A stretch of DNA of 64,000 nucleotides from IMG/VR virus record IMGVR_UViG_3300029258_002326, positions 1 through 64,000 of that record, one strand, 5' to 3'. The notes under the pieces are model-generated. The model had not been told where the DNA came from. It made no database searches and saw nothing but the letters and a program-made list of their open reading frames with translations. The translations under genes were made by a program, and so were the position numbers. This document shows positions 44,810-55,433 of this stretch, piece after piece; positions within the stretch are counted from its first letter, which is position 1, and every line of letters begins with the position of its first letter. Source of the DNA: a virus. Taxonomy: Duplodnaviria; Caudoviricetes.

Positions 44810-45484
44810 ATGGCACTGGAACACGAGATGAGAATGAAAAACGTTGTCCCTGTTGGAGAGCTTTCAACAGGTGACTCGGTTGTTGTCCGGACTCGAATGG
44901 GCAAAGAAGTCATGTCGGGGTCTGTCCGGACGGTGACTCCTTTCGGTATCATCATGGCGGAGAGCAGCGGGGGAACTAGCTTCTTCCGGAGTTCTCTCTA
45001 TCTGTTCGCGTCTGAGAAGGCGGAGGAAGAGGTAGAGAATGCCCTCGATTCTCGTGTTCAGGCCAAGCTGGATGCAATGAGTGAGGCGGGGGATCCTACT
45101 GCCTCGGATACCGGGGGAGCAAAGAAGATGTCCTCCAGTATAGCCAAGAAGGACAAAGAGGACGAAGAGGACAAGGAAGACGAAGAAGACGAAGAGTCCA
45201 AGGACGATAAAGAAGACGACAAGAAAGACGACAAGAAGGGTAAGAAGGATGGGGACAGCGATTCTGTCGATCCGGAAGACCTTCCGTCGGATATAAAAAG
45301 CTCCATTTCGTCGGCTGGCGAGTTCAGCGACGCTGAGGCTAACGAAGTTCTGTCTGACATAAACGACATAGCTATCAAGACGTTGAAGCGGAATGGCATT
45401 CTCGAAAAGGACGTTCTCCGCGTGGCTCAGGCTATCAGCGATGCTGTTGACAAGGTCTTGGCAGGAGAAGTTTCGAAGGAGTAG
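44810..45484 (+). CDS. hypothetical protein with D/E/K low-complexity linker
   Basis: AAGGA RBS; Sm/SH3-like N-terminus. Confidence 0.7.
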   Translation: MALEHEMRMKNVVPVGELSTGDSVVVRTRMGKEVMSGSVRTVTPFGIIMAESSGGTSFFRSSLYLFASEKAEEEVENALDSRVQAKLDAMSEAGDPTASDTGGAKKMSSSIAKKDKEDEEDKEDEEDEESKDDKEDDKKDDKKGKKDGDSDSVDPEDLPSDIKSSISSAGEFSDAEANEVLSDINDIAIKTLKRNGILEKDVLRVAQAISDAVDKVLAGEVSKE

Positions 45485-45487
45485 CCA

Positions 45488-46207
45488 ATGCGTTTCAACG
45501 AGGCTCAAATAAAAGAGTGGATCCAGCGGCGGCTAGGCTTAGGGACAGTAAAGGTCGAGCTGACTGCGGAGCATCTCAACGACGCCATAACCGACGCTAA
45601 AGTATGGTGGCAGTCCTGGGTTGGCCAGGGCAAAGGGACCCTGTTTACGCTGACCGGGGCTACCGAGTACGATGTGGATACGATTGCGGACGATGTTGAC
45701 TCAGTGGTTGATGTTGCATTTGAGGTGTCTGGTCATTCGCTGACTGATTATTTCAAGTGGGCGGATGTAGAGGTGAACCCATATCAGTGGATTTACGGCG
45801 GCGGCGGTGGTGGATACTCGGCACTTCTTCAGTACACTCAATACAGGGAGATGGCCAAGCAGATTGCAGGTGCTGAGCAGGATTGGGTTTTCGAGCGAGC
45901 AAGAAGAGTGTTGGTCCTGACTCCGCAGCCAGATGCGGGGACCACGATACTTGTGAATTACATCTCTCGGAATGTGGATCTCACGTACCTAGAGAACCAT
46001 GAGATGTACATTTTCAGGAAATATGCCCTGGCTCAAGCGATGAAGACTTTGGCTACTATCCGGATGAAATACTCTGGGAAGCCTTCGGCGACCGGGGAGT
46101 TCACGATGGATGGAGATGCTCTCTATGCGAATGGAGAGGCTCTAGAGCAAGACACCGAGGAGAAGGCCAGGTTGCTTCAGGCGCCAGTCGGCTTCTTCGC
46201 AGAATAA
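45488..46207 (+). CDS. neck/head-tail adaptor protein (T4 gp13-like)
   Basis: IKEWI.RRLG...VKVELT.EHL.DAI; YALA.....L..IR.KY; .DG..LY..G. Confidence 0.75.
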   Translation: MRFNEAQIKEWIQRRLGLGTVKVELTAEHLNDAITDAKVWWQSWVGQGKGTLFTLTGATEYDVDTIADDVDSVVDVAFEVSGHSLTDYFKWADVEVNPYQWIYGGGGGGYSALLQYTQYREMAKQIAGAEQDWVFERARRVLVLTPQPDAGTTILVNYISRNVDLTYLENHEMYIFRKYALAQAMKTLATIRMKYSGKPSATGEFTMDGDALYANGEALEQDTEEKARLLQAPVGFFAE

Positions 46208-46211
46208 TTTG

Positions 46212-46225
46212 CGAACTTGAGTTCG
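46212..46225 (-). repeat. 14-bp quasi-palindrome copy 10
   Basis: CGAACTTGAGTTCG between the neck gene stop and ATG 46238. Confidence 0.95.
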
Positions 46226-46237
46226 CGGGAGAAAGAA

Positions 46238-47614
46238 ATGTACCACGACATCAAGAAGCTGAAAGAGATGCACGAGGACGTCCTGGAGATCCTCAGCGAG
46301 GACGACAAGGCCAAGCTCGGGTATAGGAAGTTGGACGAGAGCGCCGTTGTTGATCAGATTCATCAAATCGACGAGTCTGACATAGCAATATCCGGTAACC
46401 TGGTTCCCCTCATGCGCATGCAAGACCGCAAGGACATCAAGCCTGCGCAGGGCAAAGAGAGCGATGCAGAGATTTACTTCACATTTGAAGACCTCTCCGA
46501 CGCGCAGGAGCTGTATGACTTCGTGTTGGACACAGGGATGTTGGAAGCCGGTGAAGTCAGATTGACCATGGAGTCGGGGCAGAACTCTGTCCATTTTGCT
46601 CCACATGTGATCTGGACCAAGCCGGACGTTTTCCAGGCCGTACTCATGGCGTATGACGAGTACGTTACCGAGGATAGCGACGAAGCAGTAGACAACTTGA
46701 CTGAGGCCGTAATGGTTGCCTTAGACGAGAAGTACAAGGTTTCTGGAGCACCCAAGAAGCGCAAAAAGGGCAACCCGTTCCACGACAAAGAGGGGAAACT
46801 TTCTGGTCCAAAGGAGATCGACAAAGCGGACGGTGGATCCTTTTCCTCTGGCAAGACCAAGCTCAAGTTCACGAAGGCAAAGAAGGCCAAAAGTGGTGAC
46901 ATGGTAGCGAACTTTGCGTCTACCAAGCGTCCCTGTGGAAGAACTGCTCGCGAAAAAGGTAAAGACATTCGCTGCTGGGACGGTTCAAAAGGCGCAGGGG
47001 CCGCTATGGCCAAGGTCCTAAAGAAGAAGCTCAGGAAAGAGGACATCTCTGACGATGAACTCCGCACATTCATCGAGGCACTGGACTATCTTGACCGCAG
47101 CGTTGCCATGATGGAGGCAGAGCGCGGAGAGGAAAGAGGAGAGACACCCCCTTTTCAAAGTAAAGACATCGACTTAAGAGAGGCTCAGAAGGCCGACCCT
47201 GCATTGGCCATGCCCGACGACGAGAAGAAGGCAAAGCCAGGGGCTTTCAAGATTAGCCAGAAGGCGATCAAGCTGTTCAAGTCTGGCATTCCCGAGTGGA
47301 CACTGGACAAGGCGCTGTTTACAAAGGTCAACAAGGTCATAGACGAGATAGGCTGGGATGATTGGAACAAGGTGTTTGGTACGGAAGATCGTGCCGAGGC
47401 CCAGGATGTTATTGCTCGCTCGCCTAAGAGGGCATTTCAGAAGTTCATGCGAAACATTCACAGGCATTCCCCCATGCTTGGTAAGTATATCCGGGCGGTT
47501 CCCTCGAACGCTTCGATTATCTTTTACATAGCTGTGTCGAAAATCTCCGGGGTTGACATGGCAGACATCATTCTGAAGAAATATTTCCTTACCAAAGACG
47601 AGACAGAAAAGTAA
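46238..47614 (+). CDS. hypothetical virion protein
   Basis: GGAG RBS; acidic N-terminus, basic middle with NPFHDKEGK motif. Confidence 0.7.
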   Translation: MYHDIKKLKEMHEDVLEILSEDDKAKLGYRKLDESAVVDQIHQIDESDIAISGNLVPLMRMQDRKDIKPAQGKESDAEIYFTFEDLSDAQELYDFVLDTGMLEAGEVRLTMESGQNSVHFAPHVIWTKPDVFQAVLMAYDEYVTEDSDEAVDNLTEAVMVALDEKYKVSGAPKKRKKGNPFHDKEGKLSGPKEIDKADGGSFSSGKTKLKFTKAKKAKSGDMVANFASTKRPCGRTAREKGKDIRCWDGSKGAGAAMAKVLKKKLRKEDISDDELRTFIEALDYLDRSVAMMEAERGEERGETPPFQSKDIDLREAQKADPALAMPDDEKKAKPGAFKISQKAIKLFKSGIPEWTLDKALFTKVNKVIDEIGWDDWNKVFGTEDRAEAQDVIARSPKRAFQKFMRNIHRHSPMLGKYIRAVPSNASIIFYIAVSKISGVDMADIILKKYFLTKDETEK

Positions 47615-47635
47615 GTCTCTCAGAAGGGTCTAACC

Positions 47636-48190
47636 ATGGCTCGTGTCTACTACGACGAAGACGCTACGTATTTGCGTAGCCTTGAGGAGGAGCGGATCGA
47701 GCTATCAGGGCCGACCTGCGAATACTTCTCACTGAACAGGGGACAGAACGTCGACGCTCTTTACGGGGAGCCGACCAATGATCCCCTGTACGGTGGGTCT
47801 TCGCCTCCTGGGACTCCATCTAGGAGCGAGGACGCGTGGAACTTTTACCCTGACGCGGAGGCAGAGATACCGGAGCCTGATATTACCTTCCCGTGCGCTA
47901 TGGAGTTCGTCGAATCTGACGGGCGGACTCCTTCTGTTCGGGAGGGTGGTTTCGTTGCTGAGTTCGACGGCATCGTATCCATATCCAGGAACCACTGGGA
48001 GTGTGCCTACGAGGGGACCACCGTGGAGGGGCGTCTACCCAAAGAAGGTGACGTGATTTATGTGTTTGATGAGTGGTGGGATGTTGTTAGATCGGGAACT
48101 AGCGGTAATGTGTTAGACTCGACGACGTACGTGGGATTCAGGCTAGAAGTGAAGAAAAGAACTCAGTTTACGCCTGATAAGAAGGACTGA
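47636..48190 (+). CDS. neck/head-closure protein (T4 gp14-like)
   Basis: E.IELSG...Y; VDALYGE; P.EGDVI. Confidence 0.6.
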   Translation: MARVYYDEDATYLRSLEEERIELSGPTCEYFSLNRGQNVDALYGEPTNDPLYGGSSPPGTPSRSEDAWNFYPDAEAEIPEPDITFPCAMEFVESDGRTPSVREGGFVAEFDGIVSISRNHWECAYEGTTVEGRLPKEGDVIYVFDEWWDVVRSGTSGNVLDSTTYVGFRLEVKKRTQFTPDKKD

Positions 48191-48192
48191 CG

Positions 48193-48573
48193 ATGATTGA
48201 TGCTGATAGCGCAAACAAAGCTGTTAAAAACGGACTGGTTGCAATGTGCGCTTGGTGCGAGAGGCTATGGGAATCGTACGACAAAACAGGGTCGTTATCG
48301 TGCCGGGAGGACTGCGGCGGACCGGCGTCTAGCCGTGGGTTTCCTCGGTACAAGGGTCCTTGGAGGCAGGGGCGAGCACGCTTCTGCTTTAGGTGCGGGG
48401 GAGAGGCCACCGCAATGGTCGAGTTCAGGGAGCGAGACGGCGAGCGCCACATGATCGGGATATGCGAAGAGCATATGGATGAGCTGAAAAGGATCGTGGG
48501 CAGTCAAAAGGGTGTAATTGTTAAGGAGAAGAGAATCAGCATAATGGATCTCTTTGATTCAGAGGCAACATGA
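48193..48573 (+). CDS. Cys-rich Zn-finger protein
   Basis: CAWC...C...C; CFRC...C..H. Confidence 0.65.
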   Translation: MIDADSANKAVKNGLVAMCAWCERLWESYDKTGSLSCREDCGGPASSRGFPRYKGPWRQGRARFCFRCGGEATAMVEFRERDGERHMIGICEEHMDELKRIVGSQKGVIVKEKRISIMDLFDSEAT

Positions 48574-50156
48574 CCAAGATTGCTCGGTTCGGAACAGGCG
48601 CAAGCGGTGGCGTTTATATAAACGACATTGAGCCAAACGGAGGAGGGAACGTCGGGGGCAAGGTCTTTGTGACCGGCTCCAATGACAACATCCTTGAGTC
48701 CTGCGTTGCCGATGATCCGAATTTGAGAGTTTACGTTGTTGCCTTGATCGGCGTGAGCAACCTAAGACCAGCTGTTTCTGTGAACGGAGTGTCCGTAGGC
48801 AACTGGGATTATGATGCGTACGAGACAGATAATCGGGTGCTGTTCAGGGGATACGCGGACATCGTTCTGAGTGGGACGGTTGTCACGGCTACCCATGAGG
48901 ACGGGGTGACAGATTCGTGCATAGTGGAAGCGGACCCTCGTCCTGTTATTTCATCTGCTGAATTCGTGGGCGTGTATCCGACTGGTCCGACGGGCGTTGT
49001 TCAGACACAGGTGAAGGACGGGGATACGTTCTCCGTCTCTGTGGCCACTGACATCGATTTTGACAGGGTTGAGTTCGAGGACAGTGGAGCGCTTAGGTCT
49101 GGGACGCAGGCGGTCACACAGGGGGTCTCAGCGACCGTGGACGCGACGATAGATGCAACAGGGACCAGTACGCAGTCCTTGGGCGGTCGCGTGCGCGTGA
49201 GTACACCCTCTGGCTCGTGGAGCGAGTGGTTCAATATTACGAACACCGTGGACTGCAATGACACTGTTCCGAGCGTGTCGTTTGGGCTGAAGACGTATCC
49301 GGCTGGGCAGAGTGCACTGAAGAACAGCGAGTCGGCTACTGTGGTGAATACCATCTCCGGATGGAGCGCTTCTGTGGACGAGGTTACGTATTCGACTCCT
49401 GGGCAGCTCGCGATAGTGAACGACACAGTGTACGAGAGTCCTAAGTCGGTAAGCCGGGCGAGCGGATCGTACAATGTTACCGTGGATAATCTCAGTATTC
49501 TGGCTACCAGGATCGCGAATGGGGCGCAGGATACGAGCAGTACAGTCATAAAGATCGCCAACGTTCTGCCCGTGATAGATGTCTCGATAGTGGGAGCGAC
49601 TAGGATGAGGACGGGCGGCAACGATGGGACACCTGTCCAGTCTTACCAAATCCTCATTGAGTCCTCTCAGGATCTGATTTCGGCGCCCTTGCTTTCCAAG
49701 GCTGTTGCCGATGACAACGCGTTTGGTATGTTCTCCGGATCCGGCGACACATGGACGGCCACGTATGAGGCCGACGATGACAACCCGGTGGGTTCTTTTG
49801 CCTGGAATACACTGTCGGCTACGAACCTATCAGGGATGACTCAGACGACGATTGCGAGCGGTGTGAACTATGAAGTTGGCGGGTTCGTGTCTCGGACGAT
49901 TGCGATACCTGGAAGCGTCGACAATGGGGAGATAAATGTAAGGATTACAGAGTGGACATCGAAGATTGTCTTCTCGTGGACGTCTGATGCGACAGTAATC
50001 ACAAAGGGAACAATCGGAGATACTACACAATACATACAGGACACATGGACCATTGATGCGCTGGACACGTATCCGACAAGGATCTTGATACAGGACACGT
50101 CTGCTGCGCTTTCATCGACCGACGTAAGTTACGTTACGCTTGAAGAGGAAGAGTGA
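48570..50156 (+). CDS. beta-rich (Ig-like) virion structural protein
   Basis: T/S/V/G-rich; D.(T/R)P linkers typical of tandem Ig-like domains. Confidence 0.65.
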   Translation: MTKIARFGTGASGGVYINDIEPNGGGNVGGKVFVTGSNDNILESCVADDPNLRVYVVALIGVSNLRPAVSVNGVSVGNWDYDAYETDNRVLFRGYADIVLSGTVVTATHEDGVTDSCIVEADPRPVISSAEFVGVYPTGPTGVVQTQVKDGDTFSVSVATDIDFDRVEFEDSGALRSGTQAVTQGVSATVDATIDATGTSTQSLGGRVRVSTPSGSWSEWFNITNTVDCNDTVPSVSFGLKTYPAGQSALKNSESATVVNTISGWSASVDEVTYSTPGQLAIVNDTVYESPKSVSRASGSYNVTVDNLSILATRIANGAQDTSSTVIKIANVLPVIDVSIVGATRMRTGGNDGTPVQSYQILIESSQDLISAPLLSKAVADDNAFGMFSGSGDTWTATYEADDDNPVGSFAWNTLSATNLSGMTQTTIASGVNYEVGGFVSRTIAIPGSVDNGEINVRITEWTSKIVFSWTSDATVITKGTIGDTTQYIQDTWTIDALDTYPTRILIQDTSAALSSTDVSYVTLEEEE

Positions 50157-50159
50157 TCC

Positions 50160-50813
50160 TTGGCGACGATTGAGGGAAATGCGTTTGAGATTCAAAGACG
50201 TTCGGTTATGTACAACCAGAACACGTCGATGTCTGCTGCCCAGGGCGGCGGAACTCTCGGATACAACGGAGATCCCAACCTAGTACCAGTCCCTCCTCTT
50301 GGAACTTCAGGGGAGCAGTTAATCTACAACTGTGCGATGGGGTCGGCGTATCAGCATTCAGACGGCACGATATACGACAAGACAGAGCGGCCAAATACGT
50401 GGGTGGTACGCATACAGGCTGGTGAGCCGAGTCTTACCGGGTACGTGGACGTGGCTTGTCTAACGACGGACGTTGTTGGGTCTCCGGTGTCGATACGGGA
50501 GGCTCCGATTAATGGGAAGTGGAGGGTCCAGACAGCGGATCCTACTGATTTCACGAAGATGCCGTCTTTAGGGGTGTTAATCTCTAAATCTACCCCTACG
50601 GTCGGCGTGGCAAAAATACTTGGTGTGTGTGATGTATTCACAGGTCTTACGCCTGGCGTTAATTACATGGTTGGAACAAGCGGGGGCCTTTTAGAAGAGG
50701 TTCCGATTTCGTCTCCGACCGGAGTGTTCTGGGGCCAACATCTCGGTGTGGCAGTAAGCGAGAGCATTTTGATGCTAGGAGGAAATGTGAATATGATTGG
50801 ATATAGTGTATGA
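50160..50813 (+). CDS. virion protein with capsid cement-like C-terminal domain
   Basis: C-terminus (G.PV...A...G...GLTPG..Y.V...G......Q.LGVA) resembles the C-terminus of 51395..53248. Confidence 0.55.
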   Translation: MATIEGNAFEIQRRSVMYNQNTSMSAAQGGGTLGYNGDPNLVPVPPLGTSGEQLIYNCAMGSAYQHSDGTIYDKTERPNTWVVRIQAGEPSLTGYVDVACLTTDVVGSPVSIREAPINGKWRVQTADPTDFTKMPSLGVLISKSTPTVGVAKILGVCDVFTGLTPGVNYMVGTSGGLLEEVPISSPTGVFWGQHLGVAVSESILMLGGNVNMIGYSV

Positions 50814-50856
50814 TTAATGAAAGTTGAAAGAGATGACTGATGAAGGAGATGGAACG

Positions 50857-51363
50857 ATGAGCAAGGGTAAGAACAAAGAGGAAATGGTAAAGGCGGGAAA
50901 AGTTGAGGATCTGAGAGTCTTCAAGTTGATGTATTTAGAGAAGAGCGTTAGCGAGACGAAGCTCATGGCGGAGCTGAAAAGGCGTGCCTTTAATGACCAG
51001 ATTGAGCAGCTTAAGATCGAGAGACAGTCTCAGGCGAAGGGGTTCGAGCTTCGCGCAAAAGCCTTAGCCGATGAGATTCTTCAGATTCGTAAGATGTTCG
51101 AGGAAGAGTACGAGATTAGCCTAGCGGAGTGGGGGTATGACGACGCAACAGGAGTGCTAGTTCCTCTTAGCCATGAGGTCCTTGAGAGGATCCATTCTCA
51201 GAGAGCGTTGCAGAAGGATATTGATGTTGAGAAATCTGAGGAGAAAAAGAAGAGAGTGAGAAAGAAACGGAAGCTCAAGCTACCGGTGGGCGATTCTGCT
51301 CCAGCCGAAGTCGAGAGCAAAGAAGGCGAACAGAAGCCTCCGACTGCTACAGCGGAGGCTTAG
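50857..51363 (+). CDS. coiled-coil hypothetical protein
   Basis: AAGGAG upstream; charged helical sequence. Confidence 0.65.
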   Translation: MSKGKNKEEMVKAGKVEDLRVFKLMYLEKSVSETKLMAELKRRAFNDQIEQLKIERQSQAKGFELRAKALADEILQIRKMFEEEYEISLAEWGYDDATGVLVPLSHEVLERIHSQRALQKDIDVEKSEEKKKRVRKKRKLKLPVGDSAPAEVESKEGEQKPPTATAEA

Positions 51364-51394
51364 TTCGGCGCTAGAAGCGTCAGGAGGTTAGGCT

Positions 51395-53248
51395 ATGGCT
51401 ACTAGGAAGTTCCTTTATGGTGGTGCTAACGGATACCCGCGTGAAGCGGATCCAGCGGACGACATTCAACTAGGTGGACTGGAGATGTCTGGCGGCATCG
51501 ACATGAACACCAACAAAGTCACTGAGCTGGCTGCTGCTACAGCTTCTGGTGATGCGCTCTCTTTTGGACAGTCTGGCGCTGAGCTAAGCGGGCTGTCTAT
51601 CACGACTTCAGCTCTTGACATGAACTCGCAGCAGATTACCAATCTAGCTGATGGTACTGTCAGTCATCACGCGGTCAATCTTTCTCAAATGGAAGATGCG
51701 ATCACATTGGGTAGAACTTGGAAAGAGTTTCTTCTTTATTCCCGTCAGCTAAACAATGCACAAGGTGTATTGGGAGCTTCGGCATTGTACATGTCGGCTA
51801 ATCCGGTAGCTGGCGATACAATCACAATCACGAACGGGACAGTAACCAGAACGTACGGCGCGACTTCTGGTGGCGATGCTCAGTACACAATTGGTGCAAC
51901 TCCAGCCGACACGATGGCAAATCTTGCAGCAGCAATCGAAGCTGACGGGTCTGCATGGGTGTCGAATTTCGACACTGATCTGGACGCAATCAACTCCGCT
52001 GGTGTTGTTGTTATTATGGAGTCGACTACAAGCGCTGGTGATTCTGAGGTTTATGGTACGTGGGCAACGCCTGCCAGCATTCAGCTTGTTGATTTCACGG
52101 ATGAGACCGACTACACGAAGAAGACTTCGTCGAATCTTCCTGGGTCTGCTCCTGGCGCTACAAACTTCGGTATTCGCAGGACACAAGCAAACCTCATCGC
52201 TGGTGAGGTTCACTATGTAGAGAATAACGACAGGTTGTACGGTTGGGATGACGATGCCGACGAGTGGAATGCTCTGTCTGGTAGCGTTTCTATCCCTGAT
52301 GCGACTGCTGCATCTGGTGGTGGGATTAAGGGTAAAATCACAGTAGACAGTGATTTTGGTCTTGCCGTAAATACCGGTATCTTGACTATAGATCTCGCAT
52401 CCAACAGAGGTCTTGGTTTTAGTTCTGGTGAACTTGAAGTCGTAGAGAATACCGCCGCAGGTATCGAAGTCACATCTTCTGGTATCGGGATTGACCTCGC
52501 AGCATCTACTCCAGCTCTGTCATTCGATGGCAGTGGTGATCTGCAAGTAGACGTTGATACCACAGCTGGTATCGAGAAGACAGCCAATGGTGTTGCGATT
52601 GACCTCGCGGCAACCACTCCTGCTCTTGGATTTGACGGATCAGGTGATCTCGAAGTCACTGTCGTGTCGACAGGCGGCGTAGAGAAAGCGGCTGGTGGGC
52701 TCCAAATCAAAATTGACGATACGCCAGACACCTTGGACGTTGATGGCGACGGCCTTAAAGTTGTCGGTGTTCCTTCGTTGTTCAAAGTTGGTGGCACTGC
52801 TGTCAGTGCGAACGTTACTGCCCCTAACCTCGACACCTTGACAGGTGGCGGTGTTACCACGCTGCATAGTCATGCTGGTTCCGACGAGGCGACTCGTGTA
52901 GAGAACGCTTTCACAGCAGGCGAGAACGTCACGATTGGTGATCCAGTTTATCTGGATGCAACCAACAACCAAGTGGCCAAAGCAGATGCTGGCGACGACA
53001 GCAAGTACGAGACAATTGGTGTTGCCAAAGCGACCATCAGTTCCGGCAATCCAGTCGAAGTTATTACTCTAGGACCAGCTAATGTGCTTACGGGTGCGAC
53101 TGCTGGAGCGAGGTATTACCTCGATGATACTGGCGGAATGACAACTACTATTCCAACTGGCCAGAAATGGGTTGTTGTTATAGGGTTTGCTGTTGACGCC
53201 GATACGCTGTTTGTGATGCCAAGGGTACTCCACAAGCAATTCGCGTAG
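51395..53248 (+). CDS. head fibre/decoration-like protein
   Basis: AGGAGG RBS; ITNLADGT...AVN..Q motifs; G(L/I)...G.L.(V/I) shaft repeats; C-terminal AGE.V..GDPVY...KADA...IGVA cement-like domain. Confidence 0.7.
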   Translation: MATRKFLYGGANGYPREADPADDIQLGGLEMSGGIDMNTNKVTELAAATASGDALSFGQSGAELSGLSITTSALDMNSQQITNLADGTVSHHAVNLSQMEDAITLGRTWKEFLLYSRQLNNAQGVLGASALYMSANPVAGDTITITNGTVTRTYGATSGGDAQYTIGATPADTMANLAAAIEADGSAWVSNFDTDLDAINSAGVVVIMESTTSAGDSEVYGTWATPASIQLVDFTDETDYTKKTSSNLPGSAPGATNFGIRRTQANLIAGEVHYVENNDRLYGWDDDADEWNALSGSVSIPDATAASGGGIKGKITVDSDFGLAVNTGILTIDLASNRGLGFSSGELEVVENTAAGIEVTSSGIGIDLAASTPALSFDGSGDLQVDVDTTAGIEKTANGVAIDLAATTPALGFDGSGDLEVTVVSTGGVEKAAGGLQIKIDDTPDTLDVDGDGLKVVGVPSLFKVGGTAVSANVTAPNLDTLTGGGVTTLHSHAGSDEATRVENAFTAGENVTIGDPVYLDATNNQVAKADAGDDSKYETIGVAKATISSGNPVEVITLGPANVLTGATAGARYYLDDTGGMTTTIPTGQKWVVVIGFAVDADTLFVMPRVLHKQFA

Positions 53249-53264
53249 TTCTAGTGTTGTTCTT

Positions 53265-53300
53265 GTCTGGGGGTCATCGGCCCCCAGGCTTTTTCTTCTT
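53265..53300 (+). terminator. intrinsic terminator
   Basis: GTCTGGGGGTC-ATC-GGCCCCCAGGC followed by TTTTTCTTCTT. Confidence 0.8.
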
Positions 53301-53314
53301 TGAGAGGTCTTCGT

Positions 53315-54667
53315 ATGGCGTTAGACAGGGTCAGAGTACTGAAGATCGAGAATCCGTCGACTGGTGGCACGCAGACTGACATTTACCAGACAATGATACG
53401 TCCAGAAGAGGACGCGATTGATGTTCGCGGCGTAGTCATTCAAAATGACACGTCAAACGATGAGACGGTTCTGGTTTCAAGAGATGCGTCAGACAACATG
53501 ACGTTTCAAGACGGACAAGTTGCAGGTGTAAAGACTTTGGACGACCTGCTCTCGGCAGGCGGTGATGACGACGATCAAGTGAAGGACAATGTTCCCGTTG
53601 GGGAGACATTCATTGTTAAGGAAGAGCATCAGCATATTACCTATGATGAGTTTACCGTTGCCGGAGAATATTTGGTAAACGGTGAAGCAGTTGTACTGGG
53701 AGGGTATGAAGAAGGTGGAGGGCTTGCAGAACACGCACTTGGTGGGATGTACCACACGGAGTCTACTCTAGCGCAGTTGAACGCTCTAGTTTCCGACGCA
53801 ACCTTGGACACTTCGTCTGCCAGTAGGACGCCGAATGCGCACTCAAGTTCCCATGAGAATGGCAATTCTGATGAAATAAGTGTAGCTGGGTTATCGGGAA
53901 CGCTTGCAGATGATCAACCTCCTGTCGCGCACGCGCTGGGTGGTTCGAAGCATACGTCGGCAACCCTGGCGCAATTGAATGCACTTGTTTCGGATGCAAC
54001 TTTGGACACTTCGTCTGCTAGCAGAACACCGAGTTCGCATGCCAGTTCCCATCAGGCTGCCGGTGGAGACGCAATTAAATTAGATGATTTGGCGAGTCCT
54101 GACGACAACACGGATTTGAATGCCACAACATCTGCGCATGGGCTCTTGCTCAAGCTAGGCGGCGGAATAAGTAATTTTTTGCGAGCGGATGGGACGTGGG
54201 CACCGCCTACTGCAACACCATCGTTTACTGTGTTTAGTGGTTATGACAGCGCTGGAGGGACGGCCATTGCAGCTACGTGGATTGATGTGCCTCTTGATAC
54301 GGAGAATAAAAAAACAAATGGATTTACTCACTCTACGGTGACTAGTCCGGCAGAAGTGACTATCGATGCAACGGGCACGTATAGGATTGATGTTCAAGTT
54401 TCATCTTACATTACGTCAGGAAATGATCGAAGCGAGACAACGATTAGAGTTCTTGTCGACAGTGGAAGCGGTTTTTCTGAAATAGATGGGACTAGGGCAA
54501 TTATCTATAATCGCATAGACCCTGAAGGGGGAGGGACGGCTTCTGTTTCACTCATTAAGGATTTTACTGAGGATGATATTATCAAGGTGCAAGCGATTAG
54601 GAGTGGTGGGACAAGTACCATCAATCTGTTAGCTGATGGCTCAAGGGTTGTTATAGAAAAAAGGTGA
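53315..54667 (+). CDS. fibre protein 1 (His-rich shaft, C1q/TNF-like tip)
   Basis: HxxxH repeats; FLRADGTW; V.I...G.Y.I...V and F...D.I.V tip pattern. Confidence 0.7.
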   Translation: MALDRVRVLKIENPSTGGTQTDIYQTMIRPEEDAIDVRGVVIQNDTSNDETVLVSRDASDNMTFQDGQVAGVKTLDDLLSAGGDDDDQVKDNVPVGETFIVKEEHQHITYDEFTVAGEYLVNGEAVVLGGYEEGGGLAEHALGGMYHTESTLAQLNALVSDATLDTSSASRTPNAHSSSHENGNSDEISVAGLSGTLADDQPPVAHALGGSKHTSATLAQLNALVSDATLDTSSASRTPSSHASSHQAAGGDAIKLDDLASPDDNTDLNATTSAHGLLLKLGGGISNFLRADGTWAPPTATPSFTVFSGYDSAGGTAIAATWIDVPLDTENKKTNGFTHSTVTSPAEVTIDATGTYRIDVQVSSYITSGNDRSETTIRVLVDSGSGFSEIDGTRAIIYNRIDPEGGGTASVSLIKDFTEDDIIKVQAIRSGGTSTINLLADGSRVVIEKR

Positions 54668-55433
54668 GCTGATGGGACGATTAGTTTTTGAGCATCAAGA
54701 CACGCAAGACTCTCCTGCATCTGGAGCGACGGCTATTTATGTCAAGACAGATGGCGCAGTGTACAAAAAAGACTCGGATGGGAATGAGTCAGGCATAGCG
54801 GAAGCATCTGCTCCTCTCGCTCACGTTGAAACGCACCTTGTTGGTGGAGATGACGCGTTGCCTGAGTCATCGGCGTCTGTGCCTGGCCTGTTGTGTTGTT
54901 CTGACAAAACGAAATTGGACACTGTCGCAGCCAATGCTGATGTCACAGCGTCTAATGCTCCGAAGGCCCACGCTGCTAGTCATGTGTCCGGATCTAGCGA
55001 TGCAATCAAGCTCGATGACTTAGCAGCACCGGACGACAACACCGACTTGGACGCCTCTACTTCGAAGCATGGTTTGTTGAAAAAACTCGGAGGCGGAACG
55101 AGCAACTTTTTGCGAGCTGATGGGACATGGGCGGCCCCTCCTGGCGGTGGAGGTGAGAATGACAAGGTTGGAGTCGACTCGGGTGCAACTGCTGGTTACT
55201 TGGGTGCAGCATCTAATGATGGCGTACTGCGTGTCGGTTCGCAGCTTAGCTATGTAGATGGGGGAGACCACGTTACGCTGGATGTAGCTGAGGCTAATAT
55301 CAAACTGGACGATCTTGGAGCCCCAGATGATAACACTGATCTGAATGCCTCTACTTCTAAGCACGGTTTGCTTCCCAAATTAGGGGGTGGAACGTCGAAT
55401 TTTTTGCGAGCGGATGGGACGTGGGCACCGCCT
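54071..55433 (+). repeat. three ~135-bp shaft repeats shared between fibre genes 1 and 2
   Basis: IKLDDL..PDDNTDL.A.TS.HGLL.KLGGG.SNFLRADGTW at about 54071-54208, 55002-55142 and 55299-55433. Confidence 0.85.

Noticed and set aside
53838-53852. Partial palindrome matches (GCACTCAAGTTCC here; GCGAACTCAAAG near 1516)
   Set aside because: One arm is broken and both are in coding sequence, so they were not counted among the 11 copies.
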